A DNA stretch of 64,000 bases from Squalus acanthias (Eukaryota). The translations under genes and the position numbers were made by a program. Numbering within the stretch: the first letter of the stretch is position 1; the number at the start of each line of letters is the position of its first letter. Under the pieces are notes generated by a model. The model did no database searches, had not been told where the DNA came from, and saw only the letters and a list, made by a program, of their open reading frames with translations. Location of the stretch: NCBI GenBank assembly GCA_030390025.1, contig CM059431.1:134666001-134730000 (forward strand), given 5' to 3'. Below, one piece after another: positions 1 to 11,364 of this stretch.

Positions 1-140
1 AAGGCCAGGAGATACCTGTCTCAGCCCATCTGCTGCTGAAAGCTTCATCCATACCCTTGTCACCTCCAGACTCGACTATTCCAATGCTCTCCTGCCCAAA
101 CATTTTTCTGTGTTAAAGGTGCTATAAATGTAAGTTGTTA
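1..140 (+). mobile_element. L2-type LINE 3' fragment
   Basis: Encodes LSPSAAESFIHTLVTSRLDYSNALL, followed by an L2-like tail gttaaaggtgctataaatgtaagttgtt. Confidence 0.65.
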
Positions 141-609
141 TACAATGGAGGAATGGGAAAGAATTGGGTCAGGGCAATTTCATGCAAAAAAAGAGTTAAG
201 AGGTACCCTGACATGGGAAAGCTCCATGTCAGAGTACATTTAAGCACAAAGGGGTAGAAATTAGGTCGCGCCCCATTTGGGGCGCAAATATCGTCCGGAC
301 GCAAATATTAGCGCCTGGCGCTAATTATTGGCACTGACAGGAAACTTCACTTTTACCGCCCCGGGAGGTGAGTGGAGCGCTAAAGCAGGCGCTGCACACC
401 TGTCTTAAGGCGCAAAGGCCAAGGAGTGAGGCGCTAACTCAGCGCGCGAGCGCAGCGCAGCTGCTGCCAGTTAGTGAGGGAACACAGACACACTGGCGCC
501 GGACACTTCTTAAAGCGGGGGGGGGCCACTTGCTCCCCAGCCACACCCTGCTCATTGCAGCCTTGAATCTCAGCCTGGAGAGACTTGTGAATCCATTTTG
601 CTGCCAAGC

Positions 610-2475
610 ATGGAGAGGGTGAGAGAACGCGCTCATCGCTTCACCGAGCGGGCCTTGGATGCTCTGGTTGGCGCAGTGGAGCGCAGACGATGTATGCTGT
701 TCCCTGAGAGTGGCAGGAGGCCTTTGCCACGCGAGTTCAGAAGAGTGTGGAGGGAGGTGGCTCAGAGCGTCTCCTCCAGGAGCATGGTGCCCAGGACCCA
801 TACTCAATGCCGCAAAAAGTTCAACGACCTCACTCGGGTCGTCAGGGTGAGTGGCTTTTTCTCAATACCTCTCCATCCCTCCATCTCAACCTCACTCTAT
901 GGCCAGAGGGTCTTAAAACCCCAATGCACAACACTCATCCAACACCTATGGCCCTTTCATCAAACACACACACACATTCCACACTTTGCATACAGTAAGG
1001 GCTATTCACCTATGGGAGGCACATCAGGCAAGACCATGGCTGCATACAGTAAGGGCTATTCACCTATGGGAGGCACATCAGGCAAGACCATGGCTGTATA
1101 CAGTAAGGGCTATTCACCTATGGGAGGCACATCAGGCAAGACCATGGCTGTATATTTACTCAGATGCTGTCCTTTTTCTTGCAGGCCAAGCTGGCGCATA
1201 ATCGGAGACAGCAGCAACGGACAGGTGGAGCGCGGCCTCAGCTGCAACCCCTCAGCGATCTTGAGGAGCGCGTCCACAGGATTGTGGCAAGCCGGGTGAT
1301 CGGTCCCGTCACCACTGGAGACGCCGACCCCGTTGTGGACAGCAATGGTAAGGTCATCACCTTTTTGTCCTCTGTCCTTCCACTTGTCCCTCACAATACC
1401 AGCCTTTGACACTTTCAATCCAACTTGCTAACTCGCTGCACTTATTCCTCCCTTACTGCCACCCTGTCCTCACGCTAAAGCCACTCTTGTACCTCCCTGC
1501 TTTCAGATGGTGATTCACCAGCTGAGGAGACGGGCCCTGAAGCTGCCACTGGGAGTGATGCTGCAGCTGAGGAGGAAGAGGAAGCCAGAGCATCAGTGCC
1601 ACCCTCTCCCGAGGAAGCCCATGCCCACACTGGGAACACGCCTTCCCCGGAGGGGAGCAGGGGGGAAGGGGCTGATGATGGTGAAGCTCCAGGACCCAGC
1701 GGGCTGCAGCAACGCCATGGGGGGGGTAAGGAAGAACGGGGGCCTTCTCCCCAGAGGGAGAGTATGCCAGACACTCCTACTGCAATGGACGCAGAGGAGG
1801 AGCGGCTGATTGCAGAAATGAACACCCAGGCACACTGAGCTCATGGGTGCAGTGGGAAGGGTGCCCGAATGCATTGAGTCACTGGCAAGGAGTGTGGAGC
1901 ACTTCGCTGTAGCACAGGCGGATGCCACACTAACGCTTAGTGCTGCAATTCAGTCACTGGCTGCCAGGAACCCATCTGAGCCTGCTCTCATGCAGACTCA
2001 GATTGAGGCCACGCGAGCACTGACTGCTGCCATCCTCGATGGTTCGTGCACATGTCCCCGGGGCTGTCACCGCGCCGCAGCAGGCCAGCAATCTGTTCTC
2101 CGGCAAATTGCTCCGGATGCTGAAGTGCTGCCCCGTGGGAGTGCCAGTGTGTCGGGCGAGCAGGGAGTTGCTGTCCTCTCGCACGATGACAGCATTCCTG
2201 CTGCCAACACTGTCACTTCTCCACTGCACTTGCCACCGCCTGTAGGACAGACTGCTGCCGCCCATGCAGAGTTGGTGCAGTCTGCAGCCGGGCCCTCCAG
2301 GCCCAGAAGTGGTCGAGGCCGTCCTTCAGGGGCATCTGCAGTGTCAGGGTCTGACGAGCAGCAGCCTTCCACCAGCCTTGCTGCAGCCACTGAGGTCCCA
2401 TTACGGAGGAGCAGTAGGGTTAGAAGGGGGGAAGTGCGCAAGGGAAGGAGATCACCCTCGAAGGGCAAAAAGTAG
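610..2475 (+). pseudogene. Harbinger Myb/SANT-like DNA-binding partner gene, 3 exons (610-846, 1185-1347, 1507-2475), one frameshift
   Basis: RF..AL..LV...W..VA...RT.TQCRKKFNDL motif and canonical phase 0/1 splice sites. A frameshift near 1832 (gcacactgagctcatg) is seen against CAT ACT GAG CTC ATG in the relative at about 63577. Confidence 0.85.
987..1154 (+). repeat. 54-bp tandem repeat x3 in intron 1 of the Myb gene
   Basis: Unit tgcatacagtaagggctattcacctatgggaggcacatcaggcaagaccatggc at 987, 1041 and 1095. Confidence 0.95.
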
Positions 2476-2769
2476 GAGGTGTGACAAAATGCTGGTCATT
2501 TTTTTATTAAAGGCCGAGATTCATGGTCCAACTTTTGTTTAGTGTTTTGGACATTATCTCCAGGTTGTGAGAACCAGTTATGTTATTGACTGTTTTTTTG
2601 TGTTTATTTCTATGAGTTTGTCATGAGGAATTGACACACACAGAGTTTGTAAAATAAATAAGTTTCTGTATTCAAAATATACATGGCTGGTGGTTGGAAT
2701 TATTGGTGCCTTGGCCGGCTTAGGGGTTGCGTGCTGGGTTGATTAATGTTTGTAGCAATGGCAGGGGCC

Positions 2770-3930
2770 CTAGAAGCGGCTTGCTATTAGTCGTTGACGG
2801 ACGGCCCTTGCAGTTTGACCATTGTGGGCCGCCCTCCCGCCTTGGTGCTGCTGATGATCATCGTCCTCGTCCTCTTCCTCCTCTTCCTCCTCCTCCTCTG
2901 GTGGTGCTACAAGGCCTGGTGGCATTGGCTGGGTCCTGAGGATTGCCATGTTGTGCAACATGCAGCACACGACTACGAAGTTCGAAACTTGCTCAGGCGA
3001 GTACTGCAGGGCTCCTCCGGAATGGTCCAGACAGCGGAACCGTTGTTTCAGCACGCCGATTGTGCGCTCAATAATGTTCCTGGTTGCTTGATGGCTTTCA
3101 TTGTACCGCAGCTCAGCAGGGGTGTTTGGCGTACGGAGCGGTGTCATCAGCCAGGTGCTCAATGCGTACCCCTTGTCCCCGAGAAGCCAACCAACTGGCT
3201 GATGCGGTGCCTCGAAAACTTCTGCCACAGTAGTCTGGCGCAGGATGAAAGCATCGTGGCAGCTGCCCGGATAGTGGGCATTGACAGCGAGTATCACCTG
3301 TCTGTGGTCACAGACCAACTGCACATTCAAGGAATGGAACCCCTTTCTGTTCCTGAATTCCTCTGCATTCTCTCGCGGAGCACGCAAAGCCACATGCGTG
3401 CAGTCAATGGTGCCCTGCACCATGGGGAAGCCCGCTACCCTCGCAAAGCCCAGAGCACGGTCACGCTGCTTGTCTGGGGTCATAGGGAAAGAGATGAAGT
3501 CTCGTCTCCTTCTGAAGAGGGCATTGGTGACCTGCCGGATGCAGCGATGCACCGCAAACTGGGAGATATTGGCGAGGTCCCCAAAAGCAGCTTGGATTAA
3601 GCCAGTGGCGTAGAAGTTCAAAGCCACTGTGACCTTCACTGCCACCGACAGAGACGTCCTGGACCTCAGCTGAGGCTGCAGATCTGGCTGCAGCAGGTGG
3701 CAGAGCTCAGTGACCACCTCCTTGCTGAATCGCAGCCTTCGCAAACACAGCTCCTCGGACATATGGATGTAGGAGAGCTGTTCACGATATACCCTGGGAG
3801 GGTAAGCTCTCCTGTACATGCGCCTGATGGCCCTCCTCCGTCTGGCCATCATTGCCACTCTCTGTCTGCGTCTCTGTATCCTCCGATTCAGCTGGAGCAG
3901 GACGACGCCCCCAATCATTGCAGCCCCCAT
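2770..3930 (-). CDS. Intact Harbinger (HARBI1-like) DDE transposase, 386 aa from ATG 3930
   Basis: Uninterrupted ORF with IDCTH, FRNRKGFHSLNVQ, YPGSCHDAFIL, LLGDKGY and RNIIERTIGVLKQRFRCL motifs, plus an acidic C-terminal tract. Confidence 0.95.
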   Translation of the reverse strand: MGAAMIGGVVLLQLNRRIQRRRQRVAMMARRRRAIRRMYRRAYPPRVYREQLSYIHMSEELCLRRLRFSKEVVTELCHLLQPDLQPQLRSRTSLSVAVKVTVALNFYATGLIQAAFGDLANISQFAVHRCIRQVTNALFRRRRDFISFPMTPDKQRDRALGFARVAGFPMVQGTIDCTHVALRAPRENAEEFRNRKGFHSLNVQLVCDHRQVILAVNAHYPGSCHDAFILRQTTVAEVFEAPHQPVGWLLGDKGYALSTWLMTPLRTPNTPAELRYNESHQATRNIIERTIGVLKQRFRCLDHSGGALQYSPEQVSNFVVVCCMLHNMAILRTQPMPPGLVAPPEEEEEEEEEDEDDDHQQHQGGRAAHNGQTARAVRQRLIASRF

Positions 3931-5167
3931 ATTCTCTTTGCCAGAAAAGTAATGAGGTACAGCAACTAAAGTAGCAACAAAGTTAGGATGAATAGGCAAA
4001 ACTACCTCACAAAGCGTTGAGTCAATGTAGAAGTCTCTCTCTCTCTCTCTCTCAGAACGAGTGGTGCATAAATGTCGACCACAGAAAAAGACAGGAAGAG
4101 GCCCCCTTTAAATAGCGCCCCCCCCAGCCCCACACCGATTGATAGCGTTCCAGTCTTCCGGTCGTTGGAAGCGCCAGGCGGTAAGGCAGGGGGCGCCACT
4201 CAATTTCCGCTCCGGGGCGCCCCAAGGGCGTTGCACCATGGAATGACGTCATAATCTGCGCGCGCAGGTGGTCGCAGCGGTAAGTTTTAGCGCCGCCGCA
4301 CAATCTCAAGTTAAGTTCTCGAGCGGCGCAAACATCGCTGCGCCCGGGCGTTAGCGGCTTAACGCCCCATTAGTGCCCTCTTAAGGCGCTAACGGGAGGC
4401 GCAACCAAGTGAATTTTTACCCCAAAGAATCCCCTCCACAGACCAATATGCCTGATTATGAACTTTATTCAACCCACTTAATCTTTTGAGAGAATTAATC
4501 AAGCACAAAACTTCCAAGAAGATAAAGCTATTTGAAAGGAGTTCCCAATCCCCAACCAAAACTTCATAATATTCAACCAAACTTGCCAACCTGACCACTC
4601 ATCTATACTCCAATAACACATGAACCATTGCATTCCAAACAGTATTTGATCACCTACGCCTGTCCTATAAATCTTCAAGCATTGACTCGACATTTTTCCA
4701 AGCTCTGCTTTAAAGGAGTTAATCAATGTAACATTAACTTATTTTGCAGATAATCTATTCCTCATATCCACTACTGATTGGGAAAATATCTATGAGCCTT
4801 GCTGGATGCTTGGTAATTCTGTATTTACAACCTCTACTCTGCAATCAGAATCCAGGCATTTATTTACATTGCACAACTTGACGAATCTGATGCTACATAT
4901 CCTCACCGATGCAGATGTTGTTCAGTGGTTTGCTCGTACAATTTACTATGAGAAAGCTTGCTTATCAGCTTTCTCTAAGATTTTATTTCCTTCCTCCAAC
5001 CTAAATACATACACACAACAAATTAACATATGGGTGTTAAGCAATGAAATGTGAAATATTTATTTCCAGCTATAGGCAAGGGGAAAAAAAGGCATTTCAT
5101 TCATAATATCAATAGATCAGAAACTTCTATGAACACCTTTACAAACAGAAAGCAAAATTACCAGTAC

Positions 5168-5266
5168 CTTTTCTTGTGAGGTATTTCATGTGATCAGCAA
5201 TTACTGCACTTTTGTCTCGAGAATCCAGGAAGGAATATGTGGGAAAGTCATTCCAGTCACTCAAAG
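5168..5266 (-). CDS. UGGT2: UGGT2-like coding exon (ALSDWNDFPTYSFLDSRDKSAVIADHMKYLTRK)
   Basis: 99 nt, tttttag/GT boundaries, phase 1 to 1. FLDSxDKSAVIA is UGGT2-type. The next exon was not found and is presumably left of the window. Confidence 0.92.
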
Positions 5267-5377
5267 CTAAAAACACAGGATAGGTGTTTAAAGAAAATGC
5301 AACTTTGGATATAATATGAAACAGTTCCTCCATAAACAATTTTTAAAATAAGAAAATCACTATTATAAGTACAGTAC

Positions 5378-5501
5378 CTGCCTTAGATGTAAGATCAAGG
5401 TATTTTCTTTCAGTGTTCAAAATGACAGGATTGATGCGGAGGACAACGTTAGGCTGATCCATCAGGAAATCTACCACATCCATGTGTTCATGTAACTGAC
5501 C
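5378..5501 (-). CDS. UGGT2: UGGT2-like coding exon (GQLHEHMDVVDFLMDQPNVVLRINPVILNTERKYLDLTSKA)
   Basis: 124 nt, cag/GT boundaries, phase 0 to 1, with the UGGT DFLMD.NVV.RIN motif. Confidence 0.92.
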
Positions 5502-6435
5502 CTGTAATCGGATTTTACAATTAGGCTGCTGTGACTCAGGGCTCTCAATGGGTATTAGGAAGTCATTATTCCGTAATTATTAAAACAGTAACTGGTTGGC
5601 AAAGAAATACTAATCCCCATTATTAGACATACGAATCTGGCCACCAAGTAGGCAATAATCCAGTTTAAATTCATACATTCTTAGAAGCTGAACTGCATTT
5701 TATGGGCTCTCCCACGCAAGTTTTACTTACTAAGGGCTATAATGAATGAAGAAGCAGCTTCAATCCTGGAATTAACAAGTCCAAGCTAATTGAAGCACGT
5801 ATTCCCTTTCATTCAGGTTCAAGTAGAGTGCTGAAAGGTTTTAGGAATAACCACGTGGTTCTGTCCTCTTGCTTGCTGGGACAAACGGAGCCTTCATTGA
5901 TTTAGTCCACTTCTTAGCAAGCAGAACATTTGGTTCTGCTCAAATGAAATGATAATTGTCAGATTACTTCTTAATGATCTGTGAGCAAAAGGTTTCTAAC
6001 ATTACACCCATATGGCATTCAAGGTCAAAATATATGTTGAATATACTACACACATATAGCCTGTTTCACATATTCGAATGCATGGTTCAGACTCAAAAAC
6101 TATAGCTGGAATTTTCTGGCGTCCGTGCGGGCGGGATTGGAGGCGGGTCGGGAGGGAACTTTGAAATAACTTGGAGCGGGTCGGGAACCTGCTGTCATCC
6201 CGCCTCCATGCGCCTTTCCCTCAGGCGTGTTTGCCAGCATGGCAACAACTCGGATGGCAGAGGCAGCCGAGCTAAGTTAGATGATTATTAGGTACTTGTC
6301 AGTCCTTAAGCATCTTTTTAACCCTACCTTTCAAATTTCCCTGGATGACCACGGGAATCACGCAGCTCGGAAACCACGTCTGTGAACCTGAGGCGAACGT
6401 TCAGTGGCCATTGATCCAGCTCATTAGTGCACAAC

Positions 6436-7579
6436 ATGGAAAGCACAATAACTATTCCCAACAACACCACCAACCTTCTCCTCAACCACCTAATGTTGCA
6501 CAGAGCAGAGGGCATCAGCGCGGGGCTGCACCGCGCTGGAGGTGATACCCCCAACATAGGTTATACAGGCAGAGGAGCTTCCTCAACATAACTGAGCAGC
6601 AGTGCCAAAGGAGGCTCAGGCTATCGCACCACATCATCGCAGGCACTTGCAGATTGATGGAGCAAGACCTGCAGCCCAGAGGAGTGGGTGGACACGCCTT
6701 ACCAGTGGCTGTCAAAGTCACCAGCACCCTCAATTTCTTCACCTCAGGCTCCTTCCAGGGATCTGCAGCAGACATTTGCGGCATCTCGCAGTCGGCCGCC
6801 CACAGATGCATCACACAGATCACTGATGCCTGTTTGACAAGGCAGCCGATTATATCAACTTTGCCACTGATGATGCCAGTGTTACTGAGTGGGCGTCGGC
6901 TTTGCCACTCTGGCTGGCTTCCCATGGGTGCAGGGCATCATTGACTGCACACGTGTGGCCATCATGGCACCCCATCATCACCCAGGAGTCTTTGTCAACC
7001 GCAAGGGCTTCCCCTCCCTCAATGTGCAGATTGTCTGCAACCATAGGAAGATCATCATGCATGTGTGCGGCAAATTCCCTGGCAGCTGCCGTGACTCTTT
7101 CGTCCACTCTCCCTCAGCTCTTCGCTCCTCCAAACAGACTTTCCGGCTGGCTGTTTGGAGACAAGGGCTATCCACGAAGACGTGGCTCATGACACCCTTG
7201 AGGAGGCCAAGTACTGAGGCCCAGGAGAAATGAAAGCCACATTTCCACCAGATGTGTCATAGAGCAGACAAAAGTGCTTCAGATGCTTTGACAGATCTGG
7301 AGGAGCCCTTCGGCACGCATCAGCCACGGTCTCCAGAATCGTCGTAGTCTGCTGCGCTCTGCACAACAGAGCACAGCAGCGAGGATTAGTGCTGCATGAG
7401 GAACAAGGCACTGAGCGCACAGCCTCTTCAGAGGAGGAGGAGCAGGACGGGAGGAGCATCAGCTGGAAGATGAGGAGGAGGAGGAGCAGGAGGAAGCTGC
7501 AGTCCAGATCTCATCAGCACCCGAGCTCATTGCTGCCCGGGAGGCCAGGGATGGGCTCATCATGGCCAGATTTACTTAA
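6436..7579 (+). pseudogene. Harbinger transposase, frameshifted
   Basis: Fragments [34 protein letters not shown] and GDKGY lie in different frames. The start is approximate. Confidence 0.88.
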
Positions 7580-7869
7580 CTTCAGGCATTCCACCCATAT
7601 GGCTGCCACATGCTGCGCCAGGCTCCCAACAACCCACAGCAACACCTTAAAGCATCCCTACAATGACCAGGCCATTCCTTTCACACTGACCACCATTGCT
7701 GGAGGTAACGTTATCTCTCACCATTCACTCCAACTCACTAAGCCACATCCAAAGTTGCAGACAGAATTGGCCATGTGGAAAGTGGTGAAAATAATAATTT
7801 TTATCTGTGACATCAGATTCACGTAAACTTCACAATTATTATCACATCCAAGTGCTTACCCTTGTGCAT

Positions 7870-9707
7870 CTACTTGTGTTTCATCTTTCTCTTACGCATG
7901 CTTCTACCAGGTGCTACCATTGTGACTTCAGCAGAGGTAGAGGCAGCCTGCTCACTTCCCTGCTGCAACTGCATAGACACTTTTGGCGGACATCCTCTGG
8001 GTCTTGGAGCCTGTGATGGCCCCGCTAATGTCTGCTCCTCCTGCGACTGTGCAGGGGCAGACTCGGCCATCTCGATCCCAGGAGGCATGCAGGGCTCTGA
8101 ATTAGGGGGAGGCAACAGGGGAGAAGTGTGAGCACTTTGAGAAGAGCCTCCACTTCCATGTCCCCTCTCACCGTCATCCCTCTCATGGGCCACCCGCACT
8201 TCCCTGCTAGCAAGGAGCTGGAGGGCACCTTGCTGCACATCAGTGGGGCCATGAGGACCCAAGTCTACACTGACATCCATCCTAGAGAGGAGGTCTATGA
8301 GCCTCTGCCATCTATTCTCCATAGATAGCATGTGCTCCTGTGAGTGGCGCATTAGCTGCTCCATGCAGGTGGCCATCCTATCCATGGAAGAGCCTACAGT
8401 CGCCATCGCCTGAGACATGGTGGTGCTCATGTTGGAAATGGACTCCTTCATTCTCTGAACATTTGCAGACATCGTGGTCACAAAACCTGTCAGAGCCTCC
8501 TGCACTTCTTCCTGCACGTCCAGGATCGCCCTCTTTCTGGATGGCCCCCGAGGCTCAGCGTCTGCATGAAGCTGAGCAGAGCTGGGAGCGTCCTGCACCC
8601 GCTGGCGAGGAGTCTCCACTGCTGTCCCTGTCTCCACCATCTGCTCTTGCTCACTTGTGAGTTGTGAGACACCAGGTGACAACACTACTCTATCTCGTGT
8701 GGGACCCACCGAGGCGTGCGTATCTGCGCTGGTGCTGGGTGCGCTTATGTCTGGTAACGGTGCGCCCTCAGAGGCTGGAGGCTCCTCTGAGGAGTCGTCT
8801 TCCTCTTCTTCCTGGATAGTGGGGGGGACTCTTGATGGACCTGTGGGAGTGTAAAGAGATGATTTAGAAATGTCATATCAAGAATGAGTAACGATACCAT
8901 TATGCACACGATGAACATTCATTGGCTGCTGACATCAGTCCCCATATGAGTGCTTGCTGTGTGTCATGTGGCTGTATGATATGTAATTCTGTCACCAGGT
9001 TGCTGAGATGTCCCCCTCTCTCTGTCTCCCAACTCCAGCTGCTCTGCGACTCCTGAGACTTCCAAGGCGACCTCCTCTGCTGCAGTTAAGGTTGCCAATG
9101 ATGGTTCTCTCCCTCTCCCTCTTATTGTGGGCTCGCTTCTCCTGCAAGGAGGGAAAGAAGAGAAGTTTGAGTGAGAGTGATGGAATGAGTGTAAGGAATT
9201 GTCGGGTAACATGTTTCGAGGGTGACTATGATGGAGTGGGGTGCCAATGCCAAATGGCCTCCTTGCCTGTTGTTAGTTGGTATGATTGCACTAGGATGAG
9301 GGGGAGTGTGAAGGGTGGTTAGTCAGATGGGAATGTGATAGTGTAGATAGAGAGAGGGATGGGTGGATGTACAAGGTATGTTGGTGTGAGTAATGATGTG
9401 CAGGAGTAGGCTTGGGAAGGCAGAGTGATGGGGATCTGATAAGAGGCACAGCAGGATGAAGTTGAGTGTGGCTTTGCACTCACCTTTCCTGATCTAATGA
9501 GTTCACTGAAGCATTTCCGGCACTGACCACATCCCTGCTGTTGACCTTCTCTGCAATTTGGAGCCAGGCTCTTTTTGTCTCCTGGGGAGTTCTCTTCCGC
9601 CCATCCGAAGGGAAGAGGACTTCCCTGCATGCTCTCACTCCCTCCACAAGCATATGGAGGGAGTGAGCTGAGAACCTGGGTGCAGCCCTCTGCCTCTGTG
9701 CAGTCAT
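7870..9707 (-). pseudogene. Harbinger Myb/SANT partner gene (exons 9707-9484, 9141-8996, 8840-7870)
   Basis: MTAQRQRAAPRFS..SL..LVEGV..W..IAE motif and the same three-exon layout as family A, with small deletions. Confidence 0.85.
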
Positions 9708-10671
9708 GTTTCCAAGTGTTTGGAACACTCAAAAGCTGCAGTACAGTGCCTGCACAATTCTAGATGAACCTTCAAATGCAATGTGGCCATGGCTCCTTTA
9801 AATATCCCAGCTGAAAACGCATCATCGATGACGTCACCATTTAATACAGCTGGGTAGCGCGCAGGGCTGCCTTAATAGGCGTCATTAACGGAAAGTCGAT
9901 CTGAGGAGCGGAATGAAATGAGCAGCGGGGTCGCGACCCGCCACAGTGACTGCCCGCACCCGACCCGCCCAGGTTCAGAAAATTCCGGCCTATGAATTAT
10001 TTGTTAAAAACTCCTGGTAAAATTAATCATTTTATTATTTTATTGTGACCAAGGCAAACCATGCAACTGCAGGCCATGAGAAGGGGTGAGTAGTAGTGAC
10101 AAACACAGGGTAGGAAACTCGTCACAGGTTGGAAGGAAAAAGTAACCAGTTGGCAGGTTACCCAGAACTTTTTCTTAAAATTTTTATTAAACCATGCCTC
10201 AGTCTTTTCTTTTGAAGAGAGAAAATTCCAAGAGTAGATATCTTCTCTTCATAGTTCTGTCACTTTCGTTCTGGAACCACATTTAGTAGACGTCCTCATA
10301 CTCCCTCCAATAACTTAATACCCTTTCAAAAATAGGGAAAATAAAACTACATGCAATATTCTAGATATGGTCTCATCTAGGCATCATATAATTTTAGAAT
10401 GACCCTTCTCAAGGTACAAGTTAAACATCTAGCTACATATCCCAACATGCTATTAGCAGGTCTCCAATGCCTTGAACAATGTACCAGCATTTTTAGCAAC
10501 CTGTTGATCCAAACTCCCAAGATCTTTTTCCAGTTACAACACTGGAGGCATATTTCCATTTAGTACGTAATTCAACTTATTCTTTCCCTCTGATAGCTCT
10601 CATAATTCAACATTTCGCCAGATTAAGTTGCATCTGCCACTTCTCTGCCAACAGATGTAGCTTCTCCAGAT

Positions 10672-11090
10672 CAGAGTTGTCCATTATGCTAGCCACGAGC
10701 CACATGTGGTGAATTGAGAATCCAGATGTAGCAAATTGCATTTCTGATTAGTAAATAAAAGATGGGTAACAGACACAGTCATTGAGCTTGTGATCTCAAT
10801 ACTCATATTTGCACGGCATATGCAAGTGTACTTAAACCTTTTTGGTATTTGCTCGTAAAATTATAAAACAAAAACCAGAGTGTGTGATTGTTTTTGATTG
10901 TTGTGAGTGCTTAACTTCAATGGTTATTGAAAGCTGGTAGATGTTTGCTAAGTAAATATACACTTGTAGTACATTTAACTGTGTTATTTGAGTTTATGTA
11001 AGGCGTTTTCTACTAAAATTAGTGCATGTAGCTAAAACGACATCACCGTAGCTACATCTGTGGCTCATCAGTGATTTTTATTGGACAATA
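10672..11090. mobile_element. Non-autonomous hAT/Charlie (MER3-like) element inside an old CR1 fragment
   Basis: cagagttgtcca...ttggacaa ends and an internal tagccacgagccacatgtgg motif. It interrupts degenerate CR1 RT sequence at about 10200-11330. Confidence 0.5.
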
Positions 11091-11364
11091 GACAATAGAT
11101 GACTTTGGATTTGTGCACATTGAGAATCACAATTTGGTATCATCTGCAAATTTAGACATATTGGACATAGTTCAATTTTCTAAATCATTTTAAAGATTAC
11201 AAACTGTAGCAGTTTCAATATGAACCCCTGCAGCACACCCTAACAACTGGCTGCCAACCAAGTCCCTCCCATATACCACAACTCACTGCTGTTATCTAGT
11301 AGCCAATTGCCAATCTAGTCTAATGTACTGCCATCTATCCCATGGGCCTGAACATTGCAATAAT

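Larger units (their letters stand above)
251..4423. mobile_element. Full-length PIF/Harbinger DNA transposon (family A), two convergent genes
   Basis: TIRs GGGGTAGAAATT / AATTTTTACCCC and 3-bp TSD AAA at 248-250 and 4424-4426. Myb/SANT gene on +, transposase on -. Confidence 0.95.
6104..9990. mobile_element. Full-length degenerate Harbinger transposon (family B)
   Basis: TIRs agctggaattttctg / cagaaaattccggcc and TSD TAT on both sides. Transposase on +, Myb gene on -. Confidence 0.92.

Noticed and set aside
598..1299. 233-aa ORF as a single-exon gene
   Set aside because: It reads through intron 1; the spliced Myb model explains it.
2794..3600. 268-aa plus-strand ORF
   Set aside because: Antisense shadow of the GC-rich transposase.
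4890..4990. Candidate next UGGT2 exon
   Set aside because: All frames after the ttag acceptor hit stops.
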